This document shows, piece by piece, positions 20,318-30,319 of a DNA stretch of 64,000 bases. The first letter of the stretch is position 1; every line of letters starts with the position of its first letter. The stretch is from Salinispira sp. (GTDB lineage: Bacteria > Spirochaetota > Spirochaetia > DSM-27196 > Salinispiraceae). The translations under genes and the position numbers were made by a program. The notes below the pieces were generated by a model, which did no database searches, had not been told where the DNA came from, and saw nothing but the letters and a program-made list of their open reading frames with translations. The stretch is taken from assembly GCA_965602015.1 (NCBI GenBank), contig OZ271918.1, positions 160,001-224,000 of the forward strand, written 5' to 3'.

Positions 20318-22594
20318 ATGGAAATCCGCCGCCCGGTCAGCGTTTTTTTATGCCTCATCGCGGTTTGCACCTTCGCTTCCCTTCACGCTCAAAATCCGAT
20401 TGCCCTCGGCCGTCCGGTTCGCATCGGCGTTTTTCCCGCCTATCCCGTCAGCTTTATCGAGGACTCCGGCGAGGTTCGGGGGCTGGCCCCCGACACCCTG
20501 GAAGCAATTTTTGACGAGTTTCAGATTCCCTGGGAATTTCGCGAATTTCCCAGCTTCGCTTCGGCTATCGAAGCCATTGCGAGCCGCGAAATCGATATTT
20601 TGGGAGGCGCAATTAAAACTCCTGAGCGGGAAGCCATTTACACGTTCAACGAAGAACCCTTCCTGGTTTCCTGGGGACAGGTGTACAGCGCCGGAGAACG
20701 GGAATTCACCAGCCTCTTCGATTTGCGAAATTTACGCATCGGCCTGATGGTCGGCGGACAAAACGGCATCAATTTCCTGGAGACCATGAATGCATTCGAT
20801 ATCGGCTTTTCTCCCGTCTATTATCAAAATCACGGAGAAATTACCGATGCCATCCTTATGGGAGAGGTAGACGCGGGCATTTTCTACAGTGTGTACTTTC
20901 TCGGGGAAGAGCGCATCAAACCGACCGATGTGGTGTTTTCCCCGACCTCAGTGTATTTCATAAGCGATCCGGGAAATCTCCCGGGCCTTATGGAGCTCAT
21001 CGACCGATGGCTTGCGGATCAAAAACGGCGAGAGGGTTCGCGTTTTAATGAAATCCAGAACGAGTATCTGTCCACCGGTCAGGTCCGGGTAACCCCGGCG
21101 TGGGTTCGTCTGGCGCTCCTGGTTTCCGGCGGGGTGATTGCCCTGGCTGTGCTGTTTATCATGCTGCTCAGACTTCAGACCGTACAGCTGCAGCGCCGGA
21201 TCCGTTCCGACGAGGCCAAGTACTCGGTAATGTTTTCCGCTAGCGGCAACGGCGTTATTCTGGTATCCCTGCCAAACGAGCAAAACCCCCGGATTGAGGA
21301 AATGAACCCCAGCGCCCGACGCCTCATCGGACTGCCCGAAGGGAATCATTCGGGAATCCGGCTGTCCGATATCTTTGAGCCTGGCCTTCCACCCGATGCC
21401 CTGAGGAGAGAAGCGACCGGCGAAGCGCAAAAAATCACTTCCGGTATTGTTAACCGGGAAAGCTCCGAAGAAATTCCCGTGGATGTTCACATAAGCAATT
21501 TGGAACTCTCCGGCGAGCCCCATGCTTTGATTGTGATCATGGATCTTCGGCGGCAGCTGGAGGAGGAAAAACGGTATCGGACAATTGCGGACCACATATA
21601 CGGCTGGGAGTTCTGGACCGACGAGCTGCACAATTACCGATATGTGAGTCCGGGAATCCAGCGGATGACCGGCTACGCTCCCGAAAACTTTTATGAAGAC
21701 AGCAATTTTGTCTCTTCGATTATTCATCCGGATGACCGGGAGAAATGGTTGAGCCATCGCATACGGGACGTGCATGAGCATGAAGCGCAACACGGCCATC
21801 TCGAGTTTCGCCTGATTACTGCCGACGGAGACCTGCGCTGGATTGAGCATAATTGCGTCGCGCTGTTCGGCCCCGGGGGGCGCTGCATTGGCTTCCGGGG
21901 AAGTAACCACGATGTGACCGAGCGCAAAAATTTCGAAGCCCGGCAGCAACGGGATTTGGATGAGAAAACCGTCATGATGCAGGAAATCCATCACCGGGTT
22001 AAAAACAACCTGCAGACCATCTCGAGCTTAATCAATATTCAGGCCGGGCAGATCGCGGACCGCCGGGCAGCGGGCTATCTGCAGGACATGTCTATGCGTA
22101 TATACGCCATGGGAGAGTTGCACAAACGGCTCTATCAGGGCGGCGATTTAAGCAATGTGAATCTTAAGGAGTACTGCCTCGATTTGGTCAATCAACTGCG
22201 AAGTTCGTATGCCGGCGATTCTGTGGATGTCGATGTGGAGATCGTCTCGGCTGATATTTTCTCCAATATGGATACGGCGATTCCCTTTGGGTTAATATTA
22301 AATGAGGCGGTGACCAATGCCTTCAAGTACGCCTTTAGCTCGGGCACCGGAGAAATAATCATAAAGATTGACCGGAACGAGGATGACTACCAGCTCGTGG
22401 TGCAGGACACCGGCCCGGGCTTTCCCCCGGATGTTCTGGACGGCAGCCGCAGGGGTCTGGGCTTCCAGATTATGGAGCTCCTCACTACCCAGTTAGGGGG
22501 AGAAATCCGGTTCGAAAATCATATGGGGGCCGCGGTGAACGTCAATTTTGCCCGGGTAGTAAAAGAGGAGAAACGGTGGAACAGAAGCGGGTAA
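20318..22594 (+). CDS. Membrane sensor histidine kinase: solute-binding domain, TM, PAS domains, HisKA_2-type kinase
   Basis: Signal-like N-terminus, PBP-like region, TM helix, YVSP…IHPDD PAS, EIHHRVKNNLQ, NEAVTNAFKYAF, DTGPGF, GLG. Confidence 0.88.
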   Translation: MEIRRPVSVFLCLIAVCTFASLHAQNPIALGRPVRIGVFPAYPVSFIEDSGEVRGLAPDTLEAIFDEFQIPWEFREFPSFASAIEAIASREIDILGGAIKTPEREAIYTFNEEPFLVSWGQVYSAGEREFTSLFDLRNLRIGLMVGGQNGINFLETMNAFDIGFSPVYYQNHGEITDAILMGEVDAGIFYSVYFLGEERIKPTDVVFSPTSVYFISDPGNLPGLMELIDRWLADQKRREGSRFNEIQNEYLSTGQVRVTPAWVRLALLVSGGVIALAVLFIMLLRLQTVQLQRRIRSDEAKYSVMFSASGNGVILVSLPNEQNPRIEEMNPSARRLIGLPEGNHSGIRLSDIFEPGLPPDALRREATGEAQKITSGIVNRESSEEIPVDVHISNLELSGEPHALIVIMDLRRQLEEEKRYRTIADHIYGWEFWTDELHNYRYVSPGIQRMTGYAPENFYEDSNFVSSIIHPDDREKWLSHRIRDVHEHEAQHGHLEFRLITADGDLRWIEHNCVALFGPGGRCIGFRGSNHDVTERKNFEARQQRDLDEKTVMMQEIHHRVKNNLQTISSLINIQAGQIADRRAAGYLQDMSMRIYAMGELHKRLYQGGDLSNVNLKEYCLDLVNQLRSSYAGDSVDVDVEIVSADIFSNMDTAIPFGLILNEAVTNAFKYAFSSGTGEIIIKIDRNEDDYQLVVQDTGPGFPPDVLDGSRRGLGFQIMELLTTQLGGEIRFENHMGAAVNVNFARVVKEEKRWNRSG

Positions 22595-22926
22595 TGATAG
22601 TGGAAGATGAGCTCATCCCCGCGCTGGATTTAAAACTGCAGCTCGAGCGCCACGGGGTCACCTGTACTGGAATGTTCGTCAGCGCCGAAAAAGCCCTCGC
22701 TGCATTCGAGACGGATCCCGTGGATTTCCTTTTCCTCGATGTATACCTCGCCGGCGATATGGATGGCATTGACCTGGCTGCGGCTTTGAAGGGTAGGGCC
22801 GAAATTGTTTTTATATCGGCCTCCGACGATGATATAACAAAGGCCCGGATGGCTTCGGTGAACCATCGGGCCGTCATTCAAAAACCGTACAATTTCTCTG
22901 AAATACTTACTGCCATCAGGGAATAG
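22576..22926 (+). CDS. Single-domain response regulator
   Basis: MIVEDE, FLDVYL…MDGIDL, FISA, KPY; overlaps the kinase 3' end. Confidence 0.88.
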   Translation: MEQKRVMIVEDELIPALDLKLQLERHGVTCTGMFVSAEKALAAFETDPVDFLFLDVYLAGDMDGIDLAAALKGRAEIVFISASDDDITKARMASVNHRAVIQKPYNFSEILTAIRE

Positions 22927-22928
22927 GA

Positions 22929-23393
22929 TTACAGTTTGATTTCTTCTCCGGCAAGGGCTTTGCTGACCGGCGAAGTCGAGTCCTTGTCCATAACCCGTGC
23001 GAGCGTGATGCCGTCGAAGAAGCGGTTGATGTGATCGCTGGCTTCCTTCCACACATTGTGCACCAGGCAGGTGTCGACCTTGGTGCACTCAACATCGCCG
23101 TCGTCATTGCAGGTAGTGCAGGGGGTCAGATCGAGTCCCTCGTCAACCGCCTCGAAAATCTGCTTAACGGTGATCTCTTCTGGGTCCAGCTTGAGGATGA
23201 ATCCGCCCCCGGGACCTCTGACCGAGTTGATAACTCCGCCCTTTTTCAGACGAAAGAAAATCTGCTCCAGAAATTCTGGTGAAATTTCCTCCTCGGCAGC
23301 GATTACCTTTATGGCCTTTGGTTTGTCCTGCGGCGAGAGAGCGAGATTTGTCATTGCCCGAAGGGCGTAGCGTCCTTTTGTGGTTATTCTCAT
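22929..23393 (-). CDS. Rrf2 family transcriptional regulator (probable Fe-S binding)
   Basis: MRITTKGRYALRAM, FLEQIF, SVRGPGGGF, Cys cluster CTTC…C…CLVH. Confidence 0.92.
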   Translation of the reverse strand: MRITTKGRYALRAMTNLALSPQDKPKAIKVIAAEEEISPEFLEQIFFRLKKGGVINSVRGPGGGFILKLDPEEITVKQIFEAVDEGLDLTPCTTCNDDGDVECTKVDTCLVHNVWKEASDHINRFFDGITLARVMDKDSTSPVSKALAGEEIKL

Positions 23394-23490
23394 AAAGTTC
23401 TACTCTTACCCATGTAATTTTATATGATTTTTTAACTCTACTTTACCTTTGTTGAATTTGCAAGTCATATATTGTCAGCGATTCACACAG

Positions 23491-23514
23491 AAAAGGCCTT
23501 CCCGAAGGAAGGCC
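23491..23514 (-). terminator. Intrinsic terminator after efp
   Basis: GGCCTTCC-CGAA-GGAAGGCC hairpin with an adjacent A-tract (U-tract on -). Confidence 0.7.
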
Positions 23515-23564
23515 CTGCATGAAATGTGATATTTGCTCAATAAAAGCCCTGGAAAGAAGGGCCG

Positions 23565-24128
23565 CTACTTATTTACCCGTTCAACGTATTCACCGGTATC
23601 GGTGTTCACCAGTATCTTTTCATTTTCTTTAATAAAGATGGGAACCTTCACCGTCAGTCCGGTCTCGCAGGTTACCATTTTTGTTGCGCCGTTCACCGTG
23701 TCTCCTTTAACAGCCTCGGGAGATTCGGTTACGACAAAAACCATCTTTGTCGGTAATTCGATATCAATGGCCTTTTCATTAAAAAAGACCACCCGGTACG
23801 AATCGCCCTCTTTCATGTACAGTCCCTTATCCTCAAGACCTTCGGAAGGTACGTGATACTGGTCATAGGTCTCGGCGTCCATGAAGTGGTAACCTTCTGC
23901 GTCGGAGTAGAGAAACTGACTCTGTTTGTCGTACACATCGGCTTCTTCAACCGAATCATTGGATTTCATGGTTTCCTTGAGACTGGAGCCGTTCACCAGA
24001 TTTTTGAGCTTGAGGCGAACGAACGCGCTGCCCTTACCGGGGTTTACGAACTCCCGCTCGACCACAAGGTAGGGATCGTTCTTTAAAATGAGACACATGC
24101 CTTTTGAAATTTGACCAGCTTTAATCAT
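23565..24128 (-). CDS. efp: Elongation factor P
   Basis: NPGKGSAFVR, KGDT, ETGLTVKVPIFI, NTDTGEYVER. Confidence 0.97.
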   Translation of the reverse strand: MIKAGQISKGMCLILKNDPYLVVEREFVNPGKGSAFVRLKLKNLVNGSSLKETMKSNDSVEEADVYDKQSQFLYSDAEGYHFMDAETYDQYHVPSEGLEDKGLYMKEGDSYRVVFFNEKAIDIELPTKMVFVVTESPEAVKGDTVNGATKMVTCETGLTVKVPIFIKENEKILVNTDTGEYVERVNK

Positions 24129-24270
24129 CTATTACCTTCTTACATTTTTAGTGGATTGGTTTCACCATCGCCGGAGCTGCCGGAGACATGGGATAATATC
24201 GGGAAAAGTCTGTTGTGTAAATAGACTATCTGTTTTCCCGATAGTATTTTACATAAACCGGAGGTGGTAC

Positions 24271-25335
24271 ATGAAAACGGATTTTCCTTACAGGCGGGTA
24301 ATGGTCACAGGAGGAAGCGGGTATATCGCGAGCTGGATAGTCTATGAATTGCTCCTTCGGGGTGTAGAGGTCGCCGCGACGGTGCGCAGCACAAAGGATG
24401 CTGACAAGATTGCACATCTTGAGGAAATGCAGGCCCAGTTTCCCCACCAGCTTGAACTGTTTGAGGCTGATCTGGGAAAGGTTGGGTCGTTCGACCGGGC
24501 TGCCGTGGGCTGCTATGCGCTCTTTCATTGCGCCAGTCCGTTTATCATCAACAACATTCAAAACCCCGAGGAACAGCTTCTCAAACCCGCCCGGGAGGGA
24601 ACCTTAAACGTGCTTCAGGCCGCAAGCCGAAGCCAAAGCATTAAAAAGGTGGTGCTTACCTCCAGTGTGGCGGCGGTCCATAGCGATAACCGGGACTGGA
24701 TGGATACGGAAAACGGCGTACTCGACGAAAACTCATGGAACACCGGCTCCGACGCCAACTATCAGCCGTATTCCTATTCCAAAACCATCGCGGAACATGC
24801 TGCCTGGGAATACGCGAAGCAACAGGACCAATGGACCATGGTGGCGGTTAATCCTTCCTTCGTAATCGGTCCGTCCAGGTCAAATCGCATGGACGGCACC
24901 TCCATGAGCACCATTGCGAGCTTCTTTGCCGGCCAGTTCAAAATCGGCATTCCCGACCTTCATTTCGGAATGGTCGATGTGAGGGATGTGGCCCGGGCGC
25001 ACATACTCGCCCTGGAAAACCCCAAGGCAGACGGCCGCTTTATTCTAATGAGCGAACAGCGGAGTTTCTTCGAAGTCGGCGAGATTCTCAACAGGGAATT
25101 CGGCGGTCGGCTCCCGGTTAAGCTCAGCCGGCTTCCCAAGGCCCTGTTTTACCTCATCGGACCCTTCCTCGGATTCAGCTGGCGCTATACCCGCAACAAC
25201 TATGGGATTCCCGTCAAGCTCGACACCGCCCGCTCCCGGGAGATTCTCGGACTCGAGTACCGTTCGGTGCGCGATTCGGTCATCGATCACGCCCGCCAGC
25301 TCATCGAAGACGGCCTGGTGCGCATACCTGAGTAG
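24271..25335 (+). CDS. NAD(P)-dependent aldehyde reductase / dihydroflavonol-reductase-like extended SDR
   Basis: VTGGSGYIA, HCASP, TSSVAA, YSYSK; GGAGG RBS before ATG 24271. Confidence 0.88.
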   Translation: MKTDFPYRRVMVTGGSGYIASWIVYELLLRGVEVAATVRSTKDADKIAHLEEMQAQFPHQLELFEADLGKVGSFDRAAVGCYALFHCASPFIINNIQNPEEQLLKPAREGTLNVLQAASRSQSIKKVVLTSSVAAVHSDNRDWMDTENGVLDENSWNTGSDANYQPYSYSKTIAEHAAWEYAKQQDQWTMVAVNPSFVIGPSRSNRMDGTSMSTIASFFAGQFKIGIPDLHFGMVDVRDVARAHILALENPKADGRFILMSEQRSFFEVGEILNREFGGRLPVKLSRLPKALFYLIGPFLGFSWRYTRNNYGIPVKLDTARSREILGLEYRSVRDSVIDHARQLIEDGLVRIPE

Positions 25336-25356
25336 GGCCGAGGGTCACGAGCGGGT

Positions 25357-26364
25357 TTATTCCAGGCGGTCCAGGGGGAATAGCATTACCTCCCTCAGAC
25401 TTGAGGCCCCGCAGAGCAGCATTATAAGGCGGTCCAAGCCGAGGGCGGTGCCGCTGCTTTCCGGGAGGCCGGATATTTTCTCATGAAATTGCAGGTCGGC
25501 GATGCTGCGCAGTTCTTCGCTTTGGGCCTTCCCCATGGCCGTCATTTCGTGGGAGAAAAAACGCCGAATGTTCGAGACATCGGTTTCCTCGGTGAAACAA
25601 TTTGCCAGTTCCACTCCCTGCCAGTACAGTTCCCAACGCTGACTCCAGGGGCTGTTCGCCACCTCCTTTGACAGGCTCTGCAGTTTCTTCGGGTAATCAA
25701 GGAGGACCAGTGGCCGATCATGGCTTTCCAACCGGGGTTCAACCAGGTTTAAAAAGATACGGTTAAAAAGGCTTTCCCAGTCATCGCCGTCGGCCACGCT
25801 GATACCCAGCGAGCGGCAGATCCCGCTGGCGCGCTTCACATCCTCCTCATCCGGCGCCGGCGAGTTATCCCCGCAGAAATATGCCAGATCGACGTCGGCA
25901 TACTGTTTGAACGCCTCGGTCATGCTGATTCTGGAGAACTCTCCTTCCGGGGGTCTAACCGGGAGTCTGACGGTTTCCCCTATGTGGGAAAACAACTCTT
26001 CGGTGAGCCGTATGCTGTGCAGATAATCCTTTTCCACCGCATAGTACTCGAGCATGGTGAATTCGCTGGAGTGTATCCTTCCGGTGTTCTCCCCGTTCCG
26101 GAAGCTTTTTGCCATTTGGAATAGGTCGCCCCAGCCGTCGGCGAGCAATTGCTTGATGTAATACTCGGGACTGGGGAGCAGTTGAAGGACCCGGGGGTCT
26201 TCATACGGATGGAGCTGAAGGGTCTTGAACAGCGGAATGCTCGACTCGGGAATGCAGGATTCGGCTAAAATCGGCGTATCAACCTCAAGAAAGCCCCTCA
26301 TGGTAAAAAAGCTGCGGATTTCATGTATAATGCTAGAGCGCATACGGTAGAGTTCTCGGTTCAT
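25357..26364 (-). CDS. epmA: EF-P lysine aminoacylase (GenX/PoxA)
   Basis: LysRS catalytic domain only: FLEVDTP, SPEYYIKQLL, FRNGE…HSSEFTMLEYY, ELANCFTE, GTALGLDRL; near efp. Confidence 0.88.
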   Translation of the reverse strand: MNRELYRMRSSIIHEIRSFFTMRGFLEVDTPILAESCIPESSIPLFKTLQLHPYEDPRVLQLLPSPEYYIKQLLADGWGDLFQMAKSFRNGENTGRIHSSEFTMLEYYAVEKDYLHSIRLTEELFSHIGETVRLPVRPPEGEFSRISMTEAFKQYADVDLAYFCGDNSPAPDEEDVKRASGICRSLGISVADGDDWESLFNRIFLNLVEPRLESHDRPLVLLDYPKKLQSLSKEVANSPWSQRWELYWQGVELANCFTEETDVSNIRRFFSHEMTAMGKAQSEELRSIADLQFHEKISGLPESSGTALGLDRLIMLLCGASSLREVMLFPLDRLE

Positions 26365-26412
26365 AGCTAGCACATCTCATACCGAGGGCCAGCTGTCAAG
26401 GAGGATGCTCGG

Positions 26413-27582
26413 GTGACCGGTGATTTTATCAGGAGAAACAGTCAATCGGTAAAGTGGGACCTGGCCGGACCCGACGTCCTGCCCATGTGGGTGGCGGACA
26501 TGGATATTCCCGTTGACCGGGGAATCATCGAGGCCATAAGCTCCCGGCTGGAACATCCGTTCATGGGCTATTCATTACTGCCCGACGAATATTTTGATGC
26601 GTTTATTACCTGGGTAGCCGTCCATCAGGGCTGGGACGTACGACGGGAATGGCTGACCTACAGTCCTTCGGTAATGGCCGGCCTTCGCCTTGCCCTCGAG
26701 CAGTTCAGCGCAGAAGGCGAGGGCGTCATTGTGCCGTCGCCGGTGTATTATCCGTTTTTTTCGGCGGTCAAGGATAAGGGCCGGCGGCTGGACGATTTGC
26801 CCCTCGACTTTGACGGGAAGCGGCAGCTCTGGACCTTTGATTTTGACCGCCTGGCGGAACTGGCGGCGGATCCGAATACTCGGCTCCTGCTGTTGTGCAA
26901 TCCCCACAACCCGATTGGACGAGTATGGAGCGCAGAGGAACTCAAAACCCTGGTGGATATTTGCGCACAAAACCGGGTGTTTATCATATCTGATGAGATC
27001 CATGCGGATATTATCTATCAGCCGAATACTTTTACACCGCTGGTTCCCCTGCTGAGAGAGTCAGGAGCTCAGGAGCTGGGAATCGCAATTCAGGCTCCCA
27101 GCAAGACCTTCAACATTCCCGGACTCTTGTCCAGCCATATCATTTCCCCGGATTCCGGGGTGCGTAAGCTCCTTGAGAAAGCGGTAGCCGCTGCAGGCCT
27201 GGAGTTGCCGAACGTGCTGGCGGTCACCGCATCCCAGCAGGCATACAGCGCATCCCGCCCCTGGCTTGATGCCACCCTCCGCGTGCTGGAGGGGAATCGG
27301 AACCGTCTCGAGGATTTTCTCAAAGGAGTCCTTCCGGATTCATCCTGGCAGATGACCCCCGAGGGAACCTATCTTTATTGGATTGATCTACGATCGGTGA
27401 TACACCGCAAGGGCATGGATGGGAAAACGGCGTACGCAAGCCTGAAGCGTGAAGCGGGGCTGTGGCTGAGTCCCGGTTACCTGTTTTCCCCCACAGCGGA
27501 TGGCTTTTTCCGGTTGAATTTCGCCTGCCCCGGGGAGCTTCTGGAGGAGGGGATTTCGCGTTTGGCTGGGTGGATTACATGA
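26413..27582 (+). CDS. MalY/PatB family PLP-dependent C-S lyase
   Basis: PMWVADMD, LCNPHNPIGRVW, SDEIHAD, APSKTFNIPGL, EGTYLYW, RLNFACP. Confidence 0.92.
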   Translation: MTGDFIRRNSQSVKWDLAGPDVLPMWVADMDIPVDRGIIEAISSRLEHPFMGYSLLPDEYFDAFITWVAVHQGWDVRREWLTYSPSVMAGLRLALEQFSAEGEGVIVPSPVYYPFFSAVKDKGRRLDDLPLDFDGKRQLWTFDFDRLAELAADPNTRLLLLCNPHNPIGRVWSAEELKTLVDICAQNRVFIISDEIHADIIYQPNTFTPLVPLLRESGAQELGIAIQAPSKTFNIPGLLSSHIISPDSGVRKLLEKAVAAAGLELPNVLAVTASQQAYSASRPWLDATLRVLEGNRNRLEDFLKGVLPDSSWQMTPEGTYLYWIDLRSVIHRKGMDGKTAYASLKREAGLWLSPGYLFSPTADGFFRLNFACPGELLEEGISRLAGWIT

Positions 27583-28409
27583 AGGCTGTGAATCGGGAAA
27601 AGCGCGCATGGGGGAGCGGGACAGCGCTTTGGAGCCTGTCGGTGTTTTCCATCCTCCTCATGGTATCGCTGTCCTGCAGCGGAGGTGAAAATCCTATAAC
27701 CGCCGCGCCGGATTCCCAACCCGCCGCTATTCCCGCTGTCAATACTTCTATGCCTCCTCTGGCGGGCAAGCTGGTCATCGGTTACGGGCAGGAGGCATTT
27801 ACCTCCCTGTTCATCCGGAATCTGCTTATCGAGGTATACGCCGAAGCTAACCGCCGCATCGAGTTTCGCCTGATTCCCGGTGCCGCAAGCCTTGAACTCG
27901 CATCCCTCGGGGAAATTGACGGGGATATTGCCAGAGCCCCAGCCGTTATCAGCCAGTATGGGAACCTGCGCTTTCCGCCCTATCCCCTTCACACCCTGGA
28001 TCAAGTAATCATAACCCGGGCTGACCATCCCGCGGTGTCCAACATTCGCGAACTAAAGGGAAAAATTATCGGCATGGTAAGCAATGCCCATGCTCTCAAG
28101 CCGATACTGAAGGATTACAACCCGGCGGTTTTCGAAAGCAACGCAGAAGCCATCATCGCGCTGCAGGGCGGCTCAATTGACGCCGCGGTTCTTGAGAGGT
28201 TCAATTCAATGTATGAGATTCGGCGGCTGGGATACAGCTCTTTGAACATTCATGAGTCCCCGGTTATCAGCAGTGAGCTGTATCATGTGCTAAACAGGCG
28301 GCATGAGAAACTTCTGCCGCTTTTGGAACGGGCGATAGCCCGCCTTCGCCGGGAAGGCGGGATCGACCGGATTTTTGAAATAACCAGCGCTCAGCTCCTG
28401 GGCGACTGA
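27579..28409 (+). CDS. Family-3-like extracellular solute-binding lipoprotein
   Basis: ATGA overlap with the upstream stop; hydrophobic signal ending SLSC; PBP-type motifs (GEIDG, LKGKIIG, GSIDAAV). Confidence 0.65.
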   Translation: MKAVNREKRAWGSGTALWSLSVFSILLMVSLSCSGGENPITAAPDSQPAAIPAVNTSMPPLAGKLVIGYGQEAFTSLFIRNLLIEVYAEANRRIEFRLIPGAASLELASLGEIDGDIARAPAVISQYGNLRFPPYPLHTLDQVIITRADHPAVSNIRELKGKIIGMVSNAHALKPILKDYNPAVFESNAEAIIALQGGSIDAAVLERFNSMYEIRRLGYSSLNIHESPVISSELYHVLNRRHEKLLPLLERAIARLRREGGIDRIFEITSAQLLGD

Positions 28410-28440
28410 TTACTCATCTGTTTCCGCTGCAGTTCAGCTA

Positions 28441-29421
28441 TTACCTCTCCGAGAGATAGCGTTCGGCCTCAAGGGCAGCCATGCATCCCGAGCCTGCGGC
28501 GGTTACCGCCTGGCGGTAAACCTTGTCTTTCACATCGCCGCATGCGAAGACTCCGGGGAGGGTGGTGGCTGTGGAATCCGGACGGGTAATCAGGTATCCC
28601 GTCTCGTCGACTTCCAGCTGTCCGTCCAGAAATGCTGTGTTCGGGGTATGACCGATGGCGTAAAACAGGCCCGAAGCATCGATGACGGATTCCTCACCGG
28701 TTTTGTTGTTCTTCACCCTCACACCCGCAAGAAAAGCCTGTCCGAAGGCGTTTTTTTCGCCCGCCAGGGCTTCGAGGGCGTTGGTGTTCCAGTGGATTTC
28801 AATTTTGTCGTTGTCAAAGACCCGCTTTTGCATGGCTTTGCTGGCCCGCAGCTCGTCCCGTCTGACAAGCATGTGCACCGTGCTTCCGAATTTCGCCAGG
28901 TAACTGGCTTCTTCGCAGGCCGAATCTCCGCCTCCGATGACCACCAGAGGTTTGTCCCTGAACAGGGGCAGGGCTCCGTCGCAGACCGCACAGGCGGAAA
29001 TACCCTTCTGCCACAGGCTCTCTTCTCCGTCAATATGCAGCCTCTTTGCGGTGGCGCCGGTGGCGATAATAATCGATACGCTCAAGTACTCCTTTGCGCT
29101 GTCACCGCTGCCCACTACGACCCGCTTGGGATCGGATTTCAAGTCCATAGATTCGACGGTTTCGGTAATGATCCGGGTACCGTGCTCGATGCTCTGGGCC
29201 CGCATATTATCCATAAGCTCGGGACCCATTATGCCCGTGGGAAAGCCGGGATAATTCTCCACGTCGGTAGTGGTGGTAAGCTGGCCCCCGGCGGCAACCC
29301 CGCCGGCCATAAAACCCTCGAACATAAGCGGATTGAGGTTCGCCCGGGCGGCGTAAATCGCCGCGGTATGCCCGGCGGGTCCGCTGCCGACGATGATGAC
29401 TTTTTCGACTGTATCACTCAT
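28441..29421 (-). CDS. trxB: Thioredoxin reductase
   Basis: [26 protein letters not shown] redox motif, GGGDSA, GVFACGD. Confidence 0.97.
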   Translation of the reverse strand: MSDTVEKVIIVGSGPAGHTAAIYAARANLNPLMFEGFMAGGVAAGGQLTTTTDVENYPGFPTGIMGPELMDNMRAQSIEHGTRIITETVESMDLKSDPKRVVVGSGDSAKEYLSVSIIIATGATAKRLHIDGEESLWQKGISACAVCDGALPLFRDKPLVVIGGGDSACEEASYLAKFGSTVHMLVRRDELRASKAMQKRVFDNDKIEIHWNTNALEALAGEKNAFGQAFLAGVRVKNNKTGEESVIDASGLFYAIGHTPNTAFLDGQLEVDETGYLITRPDSTATTLPGVFACGDVKDKVYRQAVTAAGSGCMAALEAERYLSER

Positions 29422-29462
29422 GAGTGCTCCTGAAATATGTTTCACCTGGTATCTTATATGTA

Positions 29463-29491
29463 TATATAATGAAATCTATATATAGAGTCAA
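29463..29491 (-). promoter_or_regulatory. Sigma70-like promoter for trxB
   Basis: On the minus strand, TTGACT-17 bp-TATATA in an AT-rich stretch. Confidence 0.5.
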
Positions 29492-29584
29492 GCTTTTGCC
29501 CGCCGGGCCGGTCTTCCTCCGGTGGCCGCCGGCTGGGGGAATGGATGGCGGCCTGGCCTGAAGCAGCAGAGCCGGTCTCTTTCT

Positions 29585-30208
29585 TCAGTCAAGATGTACT
29601 GCCGATTGGTGATCGATGACGAACTGTATGAGTTCATCCAGCTCGCTGTCAATCCTGGATGATGCGTCCATAATGTCGTCGCGGTTCACCTGGGCGGCAA
29701 AGCTTTTCTCCTTGAGTTTCTTTTTTACCGATTTCACCTTCATGCCCTCATACCCGTCGGGGCGAACCAAACTCACCGCGTGGATAAATCCGCTCAATTC
29801 GTCGAAGGCGTACAGCATGTGGTCCAGAGGACTCACCGGTTCAACACCAAAAAAGGCCGGAGAGTGGGATGCGATGGCGTGAAGCACTTCCGGATCCGTG
29901 CCGTCCTCCAGATGCTCAATGATTTTCCGGCAATGCTCATCGGGCCAACGGTCCCAGTCGGCGTCGTGGAGAATTCCGGCGACCTCCCATTTCTCCTGTT
30001 CCCGCTCATCGAGCCCCAAACGATCCCGCGCCCAGGCCCGCAGAAGGGCGCCGACCTGCGCCATGTGAAGCCGCAGACGGGGGTTATCAACCCAATCATG
30101 TATCAGTTTGATGGCCTCGTCCCGGCTCGGGAACTGCCCGGTGTTCGCCGCCGATCCAAATTCCTGCCTGCCAAGATTGTGACTGCTCGTTTGTGTTTCT
30201 TCATTCAT
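29585..30208 (-). CDS. HD-domain (HDIG-like) hydrolase
   Basis: LHM…GILHDAD…H…AIASH…DELSGFI…VRP…SVKKKLKEKSFAAQVNRDDI. The start is set at the ATG following a TATGCT box. Confidence 0.8.
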   Translation of the reverse strand: MNEETQTSSHNLGRQEFGSAANTGQFPSRDEAIKLIHDWVDNPRLRLHMAQVGALLRAWARDRLGLDEREQEKWEVAGILHDADWDRWPDEHCRKIIEHLEDGTDPEVLHAIASHSPAFFGVEPVSPLDHMLYAFDELSGFIHAVSLVRPDGYEGMKVKSVKKKLKEKSFAAQVNRDDIMDASSRIDSELDELIQFVIDHQSAVHLD

Positions 30209-30319
30209 TGAAACAGCATACGAAAAATGGCAGAAAAAATCACTGTCTTCTAAATGGACAAGCGCAGGAGGCCGGGCTATGCTGAATGCCTCGGATACTT
30301 TTACCCAGGGGGGAATCAC

